NCBI RefSeq assembly: GCF_036321535.1
Contig: NC_087447.1
Span: forward strand, 37,450,001-37,514,000
Reading direction: 5' to 3'
DNA from: Camelus dromedarius
Lineage: Eukaryota
Length of the DNA: 64,000 nucleotides
A model generated the notes under the pieces. It had not been told where the DNA came from. It searched no databases and saw nothing but the letters and a program-made list of their open reading frames with translations. How positions within the stretch are numbered: the stretch's first letter is position 1; each line of letters begins with the position of its first letter. Of this stretch, positions 39,317-51,195 are shown piece by piece. The position numbers were made by a program, and so were the translations under genes.

Positions 39317-39820
39317 GTCAGGGACTTTATATATTATAGTTATCAGATAAAACATATGAGAACTATATATGATATATGTTTTTAAAATAAAAAAGCAAGC
39401 AACTAAACACTATAAAATAGACAGATAAGAAAAGGTATAAAATAGAATTAAAATACATAATTATGGAATGTAATTTTTAAAAACTCACTGATATGATAAA
39501 TAGCTGATATGATTAAACTGAAGAGATATGATATGATTAAACTGAAGAGAGAATTAGTGATATTTAATCAGAGTTCCAGAAAGAGGGAATAAAGATATGA
39601 TGGAAAATAAATATTTTAATACTGAGTGAGTTAGGCATAACCATGAAAGACAGAAATCCATAGATGCAGGAAGTATCACATTTAACAACTAAGACAAATA
39701 ATACGAGGTACACAGTGCCCATGACAAAGACAAACAAACAAGCAAGAAAAAAAAAAAAAAAACAGCCAGAGAGCAGGGAAAAAGAGGTAAGTCACACAAA
39801 AAGATGGCATTTAGACTGAC

Positions 39821-40331
39821 TGTATTAGTCAGGGTTCTCCAGGGAAACAGAACTGATAGGTTTTTGGGTATGTGTGTGTAGAGAGAGAGAGAGACAGATT
39901 TATTATAAGAAATTGGCTTACATAATTATGGAGGCTGATAAGTCCTAAAATCTGAAAGTTGAAGACCCCAAGAGAGCCAGTAGTGTCAGTTCTAGTTTAT
40001 AGGCTGGCAGTCTCCAGACCCAGAAGAAGCCAGTGTTTCAGTTCAAGAATGAAGGCAGAAAAATAGCCAGTGTCCAGCTCAGAGTCAGCCAGGCAGCAAG
40101 AATCCTCTCTTACTCAGGGGAGGGTCAGCCTTTTTGATCTATTCAGGCCTTCAACTGATTTGATGAGGACAACCCATATTAGGGAGGGAAATCTACTTTA
40201 CTCAGTCTCCTGATTTAAGCGTTAGTCAATATCATTCAAAGACACCCTCACAGAAACACCAGGATAATGTTGACCAAATGTCTGGGTGCCTCGTGGCCTA
40301 GTCAAGCTGACACATAACATTAACCATCACA
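39821..40331 (-). mobile_element. MLT2 (ERVL) solo LTR
   Basis: tgtattagtcagggttctccag...taaccatcaca; perfect 5-bp TSD CTGAC (39816-39820 / 40332-40336). Confidence 0.92.
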
Positions 40332-41231
40332 CTGACTCTAAGCTTCTTGACTGAAATGATGGATGTTCAAAGACAAAGGAGTATCTTCAGTGTTAAATAA
40401 AAATACCTGTGAACTTAGGTTTGTGTAAGTAGTAAAACTTTTTGGAGAATATAGATAACATTGTCTTGTATCAAAATTATCACCAATAGATATTCACTTT
40501 AAAAAAACTTCTTAAAAAAATTATATATCCTAAACAGGAAGAAGGAAAACCAAACCAAAATGAAGAGAAAAGGTATCCCAGAAGGACATTCTAGAAAGCA
40601 GTAAGATATGGTGACAAAAAAAATTAAGTGTTAGGTAAATGTAAGCAGAACTTTTATGTTTAAAATAGTGATAATAATAATATCTAGTTTGTACATAAAA
40701 AAGAGAACTAAAATACTTATTAATAACGCCACACAAGTAGGAAAAGTGTTTCAAGTTAAGTGTTGTTCAGAAAGAGAATTACAATATTAATTTCAGATTT
40801 CACCATGTATGAGTAGTAAATATCACAGATAACCATCAAAAATAGGAAGATAATTTATAATTCCCATACTATTAGGAGGAAAAAAAATCAAAAAAGAAAA
40901 AAGCAAACAAAAAAATTTCTCAATCCAGAAAAAACAAAAAGAGTAAAATGGAGATAAAGAGGAAACAGAAATATAGGTCAAAAAATTAAAGTAAAAACAT
41001 GCCTAAATATATCAATAACCCTGATAAGCATAAAGAGATTAAACTTACCAGTTAAAGACAGTCATTTTCAGCTTGGATAACAAAGCACAATCTAGTACAT
41101 GCTCTTTATATGAGATACGTCTAAAACATGAGAACTGGAAACTTTAAAGTAAAAGGATAGAAAAAGAGATTCCAGGCAAAAATTAACCATAAGAAAGCAA
41201 AGGTGGCTGTATTATTACCAGACAAACTAGA

Positions 41232-41751
41232 TGTGGTTAAGAGTCCTTGATGGTGGACCCCGTCTCCTGGTATTCACAACCTTGCATCATCTCCTCTCCC
41301 TGAGTAACTTGCTTCTAACCAATAGAACACAGCAACGCTGAGGCACTGACACCTCCATGATTCCATTACAAAAATTATAACTTCTGTCTTGCTAGTAGAC
41401 CCTCTATTCCTTCTCTGGCTTGCACACCTTGAGGAAGCAGGCTGCCGTCTTGGAAAGGCCTGCATGGCAAGGAACTGAGAGCAATCTCTTGCCAACTACC
41501 AGTGAGTAACTGACCCTTGTCCAACTTCCCATGAGGAATCAACTGAGTCGATTAACCAGCTGACAATCACCGGTTAGCCTTCCCCCTTCAAGGCAAGCCT
41601 GCAGACTGAAACCTTGATAGCAGCCTTGTGAGAGACTGAGAAGCATGAACCTGACAAAGCCATGCCCAGACCCTGGCTCTTAGAAAATGAGATAATAAAT
41701 GGGCATTATTTTAACTTTGGGGGTTGTTACTCAGCAAAGATAACTAATATA
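41232..41751 (+). mobile_element. MLT1F-like MaLR LTR
   Basis: tgtgg...gttgttactcagcaaagataactaatata; 5-bp TSD CTAGA (41227-41231 / 41752-41756). Confidence 0.85.
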
Positions 41752-43204
41752 CTAGAAGTGTTATTAGATTTGGAAGCATTATTATTGATCACTACTTAAG
41801 ATACAGGTTTAACTCACCAGAAGGACATAGAAATTGTAAATGTATATGAATCTAATATACACAAGCTACATAATGAGATTGAAACTTTGGGGAACTGCAG
41901 CTGCAGTGCAAAGAGAACTGGGTCAAGAATGACCAACTAGACCCTAAGTTTCAGTATAATATTTCATATAACCTTACATAAACTACATCATTTTCCTGAG
42001 CCTGAAATCCCTACATTTCTGTGATTGTGTGTCCAAAATATATTGTTTCCTTTTCTTTCTGTTTTTTTTAGGCCTATAAGCATTTACTAAATCAAGTAAC
42101 TTTTAAATGTTATTACAATTACATGTGTTTCTCTTTCATTAACTAACACTGCTATGGAAATTCTTGGGGTTCCTGGACCAGTCCAAGCAAATGCTCTACT
42201 TTGCTAGCTACAGTAGACTGACTAGCAGACCCAGGTATGACTGCAGAAAGCCAGGAAAGTTTAGCTCAAAAAGAATCAAACAAGCCCCTGTGGGACACGT
42301 CCCACTCACTCCTCCAACCCAAGTATCACAGAAGAGCTTTGTGCAATTTGCTCTGCCTCCCTCCACCCCAACTTTTTAATCAATAGGTTAAGTCATCATG
42401 ATTGAAGAACCCAAGCCAGATGAACAGCAAGTTAAAAAGCCACATTTGTGGTAGGGCAGAATACACCAGAGGATTTGCTTTCAGAGGTGAAATAAAAAGA
42501 ATCCTCTGCAGGAATTTGAAGACCATGGAAGTATGATCACATAGAAGCTGAAAGTACCTTGTCCCTCCCAATAGGTAAGGCCATTAAATAATGCAGAAGT
42601 CAGTCCACCAGCTATCGATTTGGCATAAAAAGTCTCACTGGAGAAACTATACATTTATGTATAAAATATATATTAAAAGCTACAATACAAAAAAAATACA
42701 CATTTGGAAAAAAATATATATATATACACACACACACATATATATAGCTTTTTCCTTCTGCTTTGTAAAAGTAAGCCCTGATTCTTCGTCTTCAGGCAGA
42801 AATTTAGCCATATTCTCCTGCAGGTAAGTCATCTACAAATTCTAGCCTGAGGGTAGACTTTTTTACTTTGTATTTAATGCTGTTTGAAGATGCCTGTGTG
42901 GAACTTATGAAATTCCCAGCATCACAGAAGAGGTTTGTATTTTCCATTTAACCCCTGAGTTCTGCTTCCTTCTCACAAATTGTCTTCCTGCTGCAGGCAG
43001 TTCCCTCCAGCCTAGAGCTACCTAAGCCAGAAGAGGCATGTCTCAATCTTTCAGGACAGCTTTGAGTTTGGCATAATATTTCACCATATCCAGTCCCAGA
43101 TGGATGTGAAATTTCAAAATATTTGTATGAAGTGAGAGCACATTTCTAGCCCAGAAACAGAAGCTGATCCTTTACAACCAGAGCGAAAAACAGATTGTTT
43201 AATA

Positions 43205-43445
43205 CCAACTTCTGGCATGAAGCAGGCTTGTTTCCAGATCCCGGTTGAGCCACTTAGTATTTAACTCTGAGTAATTTCTTAATCTCCTTTACCCTCAGCT
43301 GCCTCAACTGTAATATGTGAATGACAGTACCAGTCTCAGAAGTTTTCTCTGACAAAATAATAAATATTAAAATGTATATAAAGTGCTGAACATAGAACCC
43401 GGCATACAAACATTTTAATAAATTCTACTTATTAATAATAATATA
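43205..43445 (+). mobile_element. MIR
   Basis: cctcagctgcctcaactgtaatatg...tgtatataaagtgctgaacatagaacccggcataca. Confidence 0.7.
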
Positions 43446-43539
43446 ATTATCACAAAAAAAGAAAAACACAAGTTTTATTGTGTCAGAACTCCCCAACCAG
43501 TCATAAAACAGCTAATGCAGCACTGCAGGGACCATAAAG

Positions 43540-43625
43540 ATAAACTTCTCACCCTATTATTTTACAGACCAGAAACCTGAGTCTCAGAGAGGTCAAGCAA
43601 ATTGCTCAAGTTCACACAGCAAGGT
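43540..43625 (-). mobile_element. MIR fragment
   Basis: attttacagaccagaaacctgagtctcagagaggtcaagcaaattgctcaagttcacacagc. Confidence 0.75.
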
Positions 43626-45659
43626 CACGCATAGTCTTGCAGATAAATAGCGGGATTCATATTAATCAAAGCAGAGCCAGTAGGGATCCTGTAAAGTTAA
43701 TTCAAATAGCTCACCCCTAAAGTTAATATATTTTTAGGACTGATAAAGCTCATGTAATGGGGAATGCTTGGGTAATCCAAACCTAGTTGGCATTCTCAGA
43801 AGCGTCCTTGGGCTGCTTGAAGATTCGAAGCCTATAGCTTTTGGCAGTCCCCAAAGAGGGAGCTCTTTCCACTAACAAAATACAAAATGCAAAATTAATA
43901 AAAAGACCCTTTGAAACTGACAAATGTGCCTCAGGCAAACTATCTGCCCAGCAGCTGTTTAAAATTTAATCAGTTTTTTTTTTAATTTTTTTTTTCAGGC
44001 CTGTACATCTTTTGTATGGAGCTCCCAGTCAGAGTGTGGTCAAAGTTTGTTAAACAAGAAATAATAGCCAAAGCTTTTTAATTCTGCAAATAAGCAGTGG
44101 ATGCTTTAAATGGCTCTGCAACATTCAAGAAACTAATTGCTCAGGTCTCAACAAAGCTGGATAATTCTTTAATAATTTTTGTTCTTCCTCTTAGAAAACC
44201 TAAATTGGCGACTATACACCATGCAGTGAATCTTAACAACAATTTAGGTTTATGAATGACACTGTGGCTTTTTCTGGGAAGTTGATCAAGCTCTAGATGT
44301 AGAAGAGAGCTAGAACAGAGGGAGGGGAAGAATGAGAATGAATGAGAATGAATGAACTGGCATAATGATCAGAGTTTTGTAAAAACAAATAACAACAACA
44401 AAAACTCCATAAAAACTTAGGGAAGAGTCTCCTGCTGTCACTGTCACTTGGACATTGGGGGCCAGAGGATTCTCAGCTCTTGGACAATCAACTGTTTCCT
44501 ACTCCAAGAACCAGACTAAAAGGCCTAGCCTGAATTTGATTTATTTTGCCTACTCTTCTCCCATAAACATGTATACAATTAAAGACCCAGATAAACAGCC
44601 ATCTAAGATGGAAACTGTCCACCAAGAAATAAATCAGACGTGTCCCCAGTTGTCCATGAACTGTAGCAACAATCACACAACCCCTCTGGCTCCAAATGTA
44701 GTTACTCATAACGAAGGAGAATGGGGGTCAGAAGAGAGAGAAATTTTGGTTGATGGTAAACAAGAGAAGTTATTTTTGCAGAGTAGCCTTACAAGAGATG
44801 AAGGAACTTGAGTCTAAAACACCAAGACCTTGGAACTGAATTCCTAGAGTGTGACAGGATAGGGCAAATCTGGGGGGTGCAGTCGGGTTAGAAGGTCCTC
44901 TAGGTGCTGCTGTGGCCTGGCTGGGGGCAATCTCTCGTATCTTGGAGGTGGACACTGAGAGCTCTCTGTGGAGATGGGGCTTTTCCTTCTCAATTAGTGA
45001 GTAATTGCTAATGCTTTATCATTTATCATAAGAATCCAAGTCAGTTGTATGATTTTGGCCATAACTATATCCCATGCTGCCCCATTTTGAGATATAGTTT
45101 GGCAGCTCTTCTCAGGGGGACAACAGCACCCTTAACGCTCAGCTCTCAGCACTGTGGGCGGCCAGCAAGCAGATAAGGATGGTTATGGGCTTGAGCACTG
45201 GGTCTATATCTCAGTCTCAATCCTCCTTGTACCAACTACTTGACCTAAGAAAGCTTCTTTGAAGCTTGTTTTCTTCATTATAAGTTGAAATTATAATACC
45301 TGACTTTCAGGGTTATCAGGAAGATTTAGATAATGGTTAAAAAATGAATAGTATGTATGATCTATTACTGATACAGAGTGAATGATAGCTGTTTACACAA
45401 ATTCACATATACGTACTATCCATATACCCAGGAACTCAGAGAGATGCTGTTCTTCTGTGAAATTTTGATTTCTGTTATCTCACATACTTTCCTGGTTCCA
45501 GCTCCTTGGCTGCCACTTCATTCCAGTCTGACCTCGCTTGGCACTTGTGCTCACTGGGAAGCCCAGTAATTAATTTCTGGCTTCACTCTGTGACTCCATT
45601 CTCTGCTCCTAAGGCCACACTTGACAGAACTCTGGAAAACTCTCCCAGTAAAATAACAA

Positions 45660-45890
45660 CAACAAAAATAACTGCTGACCCTTATTTGATGCTAAATATA
45701 TCAGCAACTATTCTAAGAAGTTTGGCTATTAAGACTCAAGACAAATAAGCTAGGTATTATTTTATCTCCACTTTGCAAATGAGGAAACTAAATAACAGAA
45801 GAGAAGTGACTTGTCTAAGCTCACACAGCAAAGCCAGAATTTGAACTTAGACAGCTGAGCTCCAGAAGCTCGTTCTTAAAACTAGAGCTA
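45660..45890 (-). mobile_element. MIR
   Basis: atgaggaaact...aagtgacttgtctaagctcacacagc...gaatttgaacttagacagctg. Confidence 0.75.
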
Positions 45891-45929
45891 AAGTTAAAAC
45901 TAAAGCCAGCCTGCAGTGGTTGTACAGGT

Positions 45930-46095
45930 GGCATTGGTTGAGCACTTAGTATGTGCTACTCACTAACATAAGTGCTTGATATGGTTTATATATTTAAATC
46001 TTCACAATGACCCTGTGAAGTGGCTGACATTACTAACTTCATTTTCAGATGAGAAAACGGAAGCCAAAATATAGTCAATGATTTATTGCAAGTCC
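45930..46095 (-). mobile_element. MIR
   Basis: ttgagcacttagtatgtgc...cattttcagatgagaaaacggaagcc. Confidence 0.75.
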
Positions 46096-46377
46096 ATTCA
46101 ACTTCAGACTTGCTTAACTGAAATTGTGGCACTACCTACAAATGTACACATCATCTAAGTTGTCCTCTAGGAAGAGTCCTAATAGGTTAACACTCAAGAA
46201 TCAAATAAAAATTTTCTATTCAAAGACCTTCATTCCAACCTCTAGTTCATTCCAACCCAGTTTGGCTGAACCAATTAGAAATTTTCTTCAAATCAATTTT
46301 TGGGGTCCCAAGATTTGCTTTGTTTTGTTTTGTGTGCCCCTGTTCTCCTGACTGTAATTATGCATGCCCCAATTATA

Positions 46378-46790
46378 CATGGGAAAATTGGATATCCACA
46401 TGCAAAAGAATGAAATCGGACCCATATCTTATACCATACAAAAAAATCAACTCAAAATAGATCACGGACTTGAATATAAGACCTGAAACTATAAAATTTC
46501 TGGAAGAAAATATGGGGAATGACCTTCCTGATATTGATTTTGGCAGTGCTTTTATGGATTTGACTTTAAAAGCAAAGGTAATAAAAACTAAAAAGATTCT
46601 ACACAACAAAGGAAACCATCAACAAAATAAAAAGGCAATGATGGAGTGGGAGAAAGTATTTATAAACCACATATCCAATAAGGGGTTAATATCCAAAATA
46701 TACACAGAACTTAATAGAAAAAAAATATACACAGAACTTAATAGAAAAAAAATTTTTAAATGGACACAGGATCTGAATAGACATTTTTCT
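46378..46790 (+). mobile_element. Internal L1 ORF2 fragment
   Basis: ORF 46470-46802 NIRPETIKFLEENMG...EWEKVFINHISNKGLISKIY...WTQDLNRHFS matches L1 ORF2. Confidence 0.92.
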
Positions 46791-47065
46791 TTATATAAGT
46801 GAAACCATACACAGTATGTATTTTGGTATCTTTTGTGCAATATTATGTATGTGAAAATAATTCATGTTATTGTATGTTGTGGTTTATTCATTTCTATGGC
46901 TATATCTATCCCACTGAATGAATAACACCACAATTTTATTTATCATTTCTACCGTTGATATACTTTTGGATCATTTCCAGATGTTGGCTGCTATGAAGAG
47001 TGCCATAATGAACGTATTTTCACATATGCTTTGGAATGGAAAATCTATGCATTTCTATCAGGTAT
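46791..47065 (-). mobile_element. Older L1 (L1MD/ME-type) 3' fragment
   Basis: catacacagtatgta...tcatttccagatgttggctgctatgaagagtgcc...atgaac antisense L1. Confidence 0.75.
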
Positions 47066-48078
47066 CAGTTAAGCTCTTCTAAAAACCTTGTAGATGTCTT
47101 TCTTTTAGGATGCTGGTATGCCTTTTGGAACAATATTGCCAGGGATTCTGAAAGGTGTTTTTATTTCTTCGTGCGTGTGGAGAAAGCCTGAAGATTCTCT
47201 ATCACACAAGTTGTGGCTGAGGTTCAAACAGCAAGAAGTCCCTATTAGCCCACTAATCTTCATATTTACCAGAAACAGTCACCACAGTGTGGAAATTCCC
47301 AGAGGGAAAGCCCAGTTCTCTTGCTGTTGGATGCCATAAGGATCAGAGGCACCAAGGAGGTGCTAATGATCGCTGGTCTTTAATCGTGAGTCTAGCGATA
47401 ACAGGGCTGTGAGTTTGGGGTTGTTCTGCCTAGACTTAGCATTATCCAGACCACCCTGGCCTTCTTCCAGAACTCTAATGGTTTTGCTCCTACCTCTGTA
47501 CCACACTGGGTTTTAAAATTCACAGGAAACTCTCTCTTATGGGCTCCCTTTTTTCACTTGCTACGCTCTCTCTCCCACCCATTATACTCCATTTACCTAT
47601 TTCAGTGCCAAGAAAGGGAAAGTGTGAAACTCTACCCAGCCAGAGTTTCTCTAACTACACGTATCAGATGTCATTAGATGGGAAAATAAGCCCTTGGGGG
47701 CCTACAAGTCTATAGAAAGTTCCTAGTCTGACATTCAAGCCTTTCTGCAGTGTGGCTCCCACATAATTTTCAGCATCATTTCCCACTGGTTCCACTGCCC
47801 TTTCCTCTGAGACAGTCATGCTGCTCTCCTCACCACTTCCCATCCCTACCTCCCTGATTTCTTCATACTGTTTCTCCTTCCTAGAAAGTCTTTCTGCATC
47901 TCTCCTCCTATTCTATCCATTTAAATATTTCACCTTGATTATATATTTTGATGGGGGAACAGAAGAGCAAATTGGATATAGATAGTCCCTAAAACTGGTG
48001 AAGGGAGATACCTACTAAATATCAGGATGCCTACCTTGAACCTGTCCAGATCAGAACTAATCAGAAAGCTCTGGTAGA

Positions 48079-48225
48079 CATGACTGACTGCATAATTTGG
48101 AGGGTGCAGTGCAAAATGAAAATGTGGGACTCCTTATTTAAAAATTATTAAAAATTTAAAGGTGACAATAACAGAGCATTAAGCCAAGCAGCAGGTCCTG
48201 TGCACTACTCAGTTGCCCATGACAT
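48079..48225. mobile_element. MER45A-like hAT-Tip100 element
   Basis: cataatttg...cagtgcaaaatgaaaatgtggg...aaaaattattaa...acagagcattaa. Confidence 0.75.
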
Positions 48226-48467
48226 CGTCTCATTGTTACAGACTACTTCAGGAAGATGAAATCAAGAGAAAACCTCATGCATCTGCCTGTCTCGAGAGGA
48301 GAGTTACACAGTCAGTCAAGATTGGGATTGAATTAGTGATGAGTAAATAGAAAACTAAGTAAACATCAACAACAAAATAAGACAACCAATCCTTCTAGAA
48401 AAAACAAATTGGGCAGGAAAAGTAATTGTTTATTTCCATGGCTCAGCTGTGAATACTGTTTGCATAG

Positions 48468-48952
48468 TATATTAGGGTTCCGCAGAGAAATAGAACCAGA
48501 AGGAGATACAGATATATATATATCTGTATGTTACATATATAGAATATATAGATATATAAAGAGAGAGAAAGACAGAGAGAAACAGAGACAGAGAGAGAGA
48601 CTGATTTTAAGGAACTGGCTCACATGACTATGGGTCTTGGCAAGTCCAAAATCTGCAGGAGAAGCCAGCAGGCTGGAGACCCAGCAAAGAGTTGATGTTG
48701 CAGCCCAAGTCCAAAGGCCATCTGGAGGCAGAATTCCCTCCTCCTTAAGGGACATCAGTCTTTTACTCTTAAGACCTTCACCTGAACAGATGAGGCCCAA
48801 CCACATTATGGCTGGTAATCTGTGTTACTCTGCCAATTTAAATGTCAAACTCATCTTTAAAAATGCCTGGGCAGAGACATCTATACTTGTGTTTAACCAC
48901 ATATGTAGGTACTGTACCCTAGCCAAATTCATATATAAAATATCCTGCCATA
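48468..48952 (-). mobile_element. MLT2 (ERVL) solo LTR
   Basis: tattagggttccgcagagaaatagaacc...aaggaactggctcacatga; TSD CATAG (48463-48467 / 48953-48957). Confidence 0.9.
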
Positions 48953-48957
48953 CATAG

Positions 48958-49330
48958 TCATAATGATCTAACCAAAGTTATGACAAGCTACATTGGAAGG
49001 GTGGGGAGGACAGGAGGTGTGCTTGTGTGAACAGTGGTGGGGCTGGGGGAGAAAAGGCTAAACCTCATCTTCCAAACAGTATAGGGGATGTCACGGAATG
49101 ACGACAAAACTGACAAATCAAGGGGAGGCAATGCAGCTATGTTTTTTAGAGAAAGGGAAGTAGATGCCAACATGATGGGCTAAATGAGGTGAAAGGGTTG
49201 CCCCTGGAGAGGGGGGAAGGATAGGAGGGTATGGGAAAATGCCCTTTTACATAACACTCCATGGAGATATATTTGGCTTTTTAAAGTATGTGTACGTATA
49301 ACTTTGGTTTAAAAATATAAACACTTGAAG
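48958..49330 (+). mobile_element. L1MC-type 3' fragment (continues from ~48290-48462)
   Basis: gatctaaccaaa...ctaaacctcatcttcca...gaaagggttgcccctgga. Confidence 0.6.
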
Positions 49331-49809
49331 AAAGGAAAAAAAAAGAAGAGCTATCCACAGGAGACAAATAATAAGTCAAATATAAAATAACAGAAATCAG
49401 TGAGGTACTCACATGGAGTGAGGCTTATGTACTGAGAATAAGGACAGGCCTATTCGGGATTGACTGAGAGACTGCGAAGTTTCCTTTAAGAAGGACTCAC
49501 TTAAGCTGAGTAAGAATTTGCATGGAGAACATGCTTGGGAAAGGCATTCCCAGAAGATGTCTTACATCCCACTTCCCGTAAGTTCCATTTTGCTCCTACA
49601 TGGAAACTCATTAAGGGCTCTGCTTAAGTCTCCCTCATCCTTGAAATCTGTCTGCACCCTCCTAGAAAGGTGGTACTTCCTCTGAACTCCTACTGCGTAT
49701 GAAGTTCACCCAACATCCATTGGATTGTTTAGTAAGTGGATCTTCTTTCCTTGACAAGATTCCCAAGGGCTTTGGGATCAGTGTCCTGTCTGATATTAAT
49801 AATATCTTT

Positions 49810-50050
49810 GGACATCATTTATTGAGCACCAGCTCTAGTCTGAGGTAAGGCTAAGTGCTCTGAATCCATATCACCTTAATCGAACAGTTGCCCTGTGAGT
49901 ACAGTGTTGTAATGATCTCTGCCTCGTGAAAAAAGGAAACTGAGGCTTACAGAGTTGACTTGACTTGCTAGCTAGGAAGTCGCAAAGACAGAATTCAGAG
50001 TCAAATCTTTCTGACTCGAAAGCCCGTGTTTTTAACCTCTTTGCCATATT
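49810..50050 (-). mobile_element. MIR
   Basis: catttattgagcacc...aggaaactgaggcttacagag...tctgactcgaaagcccgtgtttttaacc. Confidence 0.85.
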
Positions 50051-51004
50051 CTTTCTCACTACTTCAAATTGCCTGTTTTATCACATGTGCTAGGACAATA
50101 GCAAGCACTTACTAGGTGTGTGGGAAATGTTGGTTGATAGAGAAAGAGAGAGAGACAGGAGGTATTTGGAAGGTATCTTGCTGCCCCCTTGCAGAAACAC
50201 AGGAAGTTAAATTTCCATAACCAAACTAAGCTGTCATGGTGACAGAACATGGCTTTTCTGACCCTACATATGCATCTAATGACAGCTCACTGTGTGTAAA
50301 CAGATGTCAGGTTTAAATCAATCTTGCTTCCTGACATCTTACTTAAAAACAGTAATTATGTGCTCATTCTTGAATATGCAACCCTAGGTAAATTATCTAT
50401 CTCCACCCTCCTCCCCAAGTTTTAATTTTTTAATATCAATTAAGTTTATTTTTTAAGGCACTCACAGCAGGAGACACACACAGTGAGGCCAAAACAAAAG
50501 AGTGAGCCTCTGCAGAAAGTGGGAGAGACTAGAGGGTAGTGAGGCAGCACCAACTGTGGCAACAGAGCAGGGTGACGTGAAAAGCAGAGGTCGTCAGAAA
50601 CACAGGCAAGCACGAGGGTCGTGGTAAGACGACAGGGACTAGCAAGGCTCAAGGCAGGACACCCAGGCTTGATCAGAAGCAGAAATATGAGCAATGCCAG
50701 CAGACAGGTATGATATCAGGCAGAGACTCCAAAGGGGATCTGCTGAGTCATTCTCTGATCTCTGCAAGCTTATGGATTCTGGACCTGCCCATTTGAGACT
50801 CCTCTGCAGCCCATGCCTGAGACAGGGGTCAGCCCCCTAATGATAATGATGCCTCCACCTTCACCTCCCACCAAAAGACAGGAGGAGAGGACACTCCCTT
50901 GTCCCTCAGAAGAGAGCAAGGGCTTTTCATTGCATCTCTGTTCTTATTAACTGTGTGATCACAGACAAACACCTAAGCTCTCTGAATGAGGAAGATTAAC
51001 CATG

Positions 51005-51195
51005 GAGACTGAGAGACTGGGTTTTAATTCAATGCAGTGGAACTTTAAGCAAGTTACTAAACATTTCTAAGCTTTAGCTTCTTCAACTGTAAAACTGATA
51101 TATTAATTGTTCCTATCTCATAGGGATGTTGGAAAGAATAAATGTCAGGCATGTAAATCTCTTACCATATGTCTCTACTACCAATAACAAAATAA
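51005..51195 (+). mobile_element. MIR
   Basis: gcaagttactaaacatttctaagctttagcttcttcaactgtaaaa...cctatctcatagggatgttg. Confidence 0.75.

Larger units (their letters stand above)
39320..41870 (+). mobile_element. Ancient L1 (ORF1 to start of ORF2) interrupted by two LTRs
   Basis: A-rich; aagtaaaaggatagaaaaagagattccaggcaaa...aagaaagc matches start of L1 endonuclease region. Confidence 0.75.

Noticed and set aside
46470..46802. 110-aa ORF as a host gene
   Set aside because: It is a frameshifted L1 ORF2 fragment.
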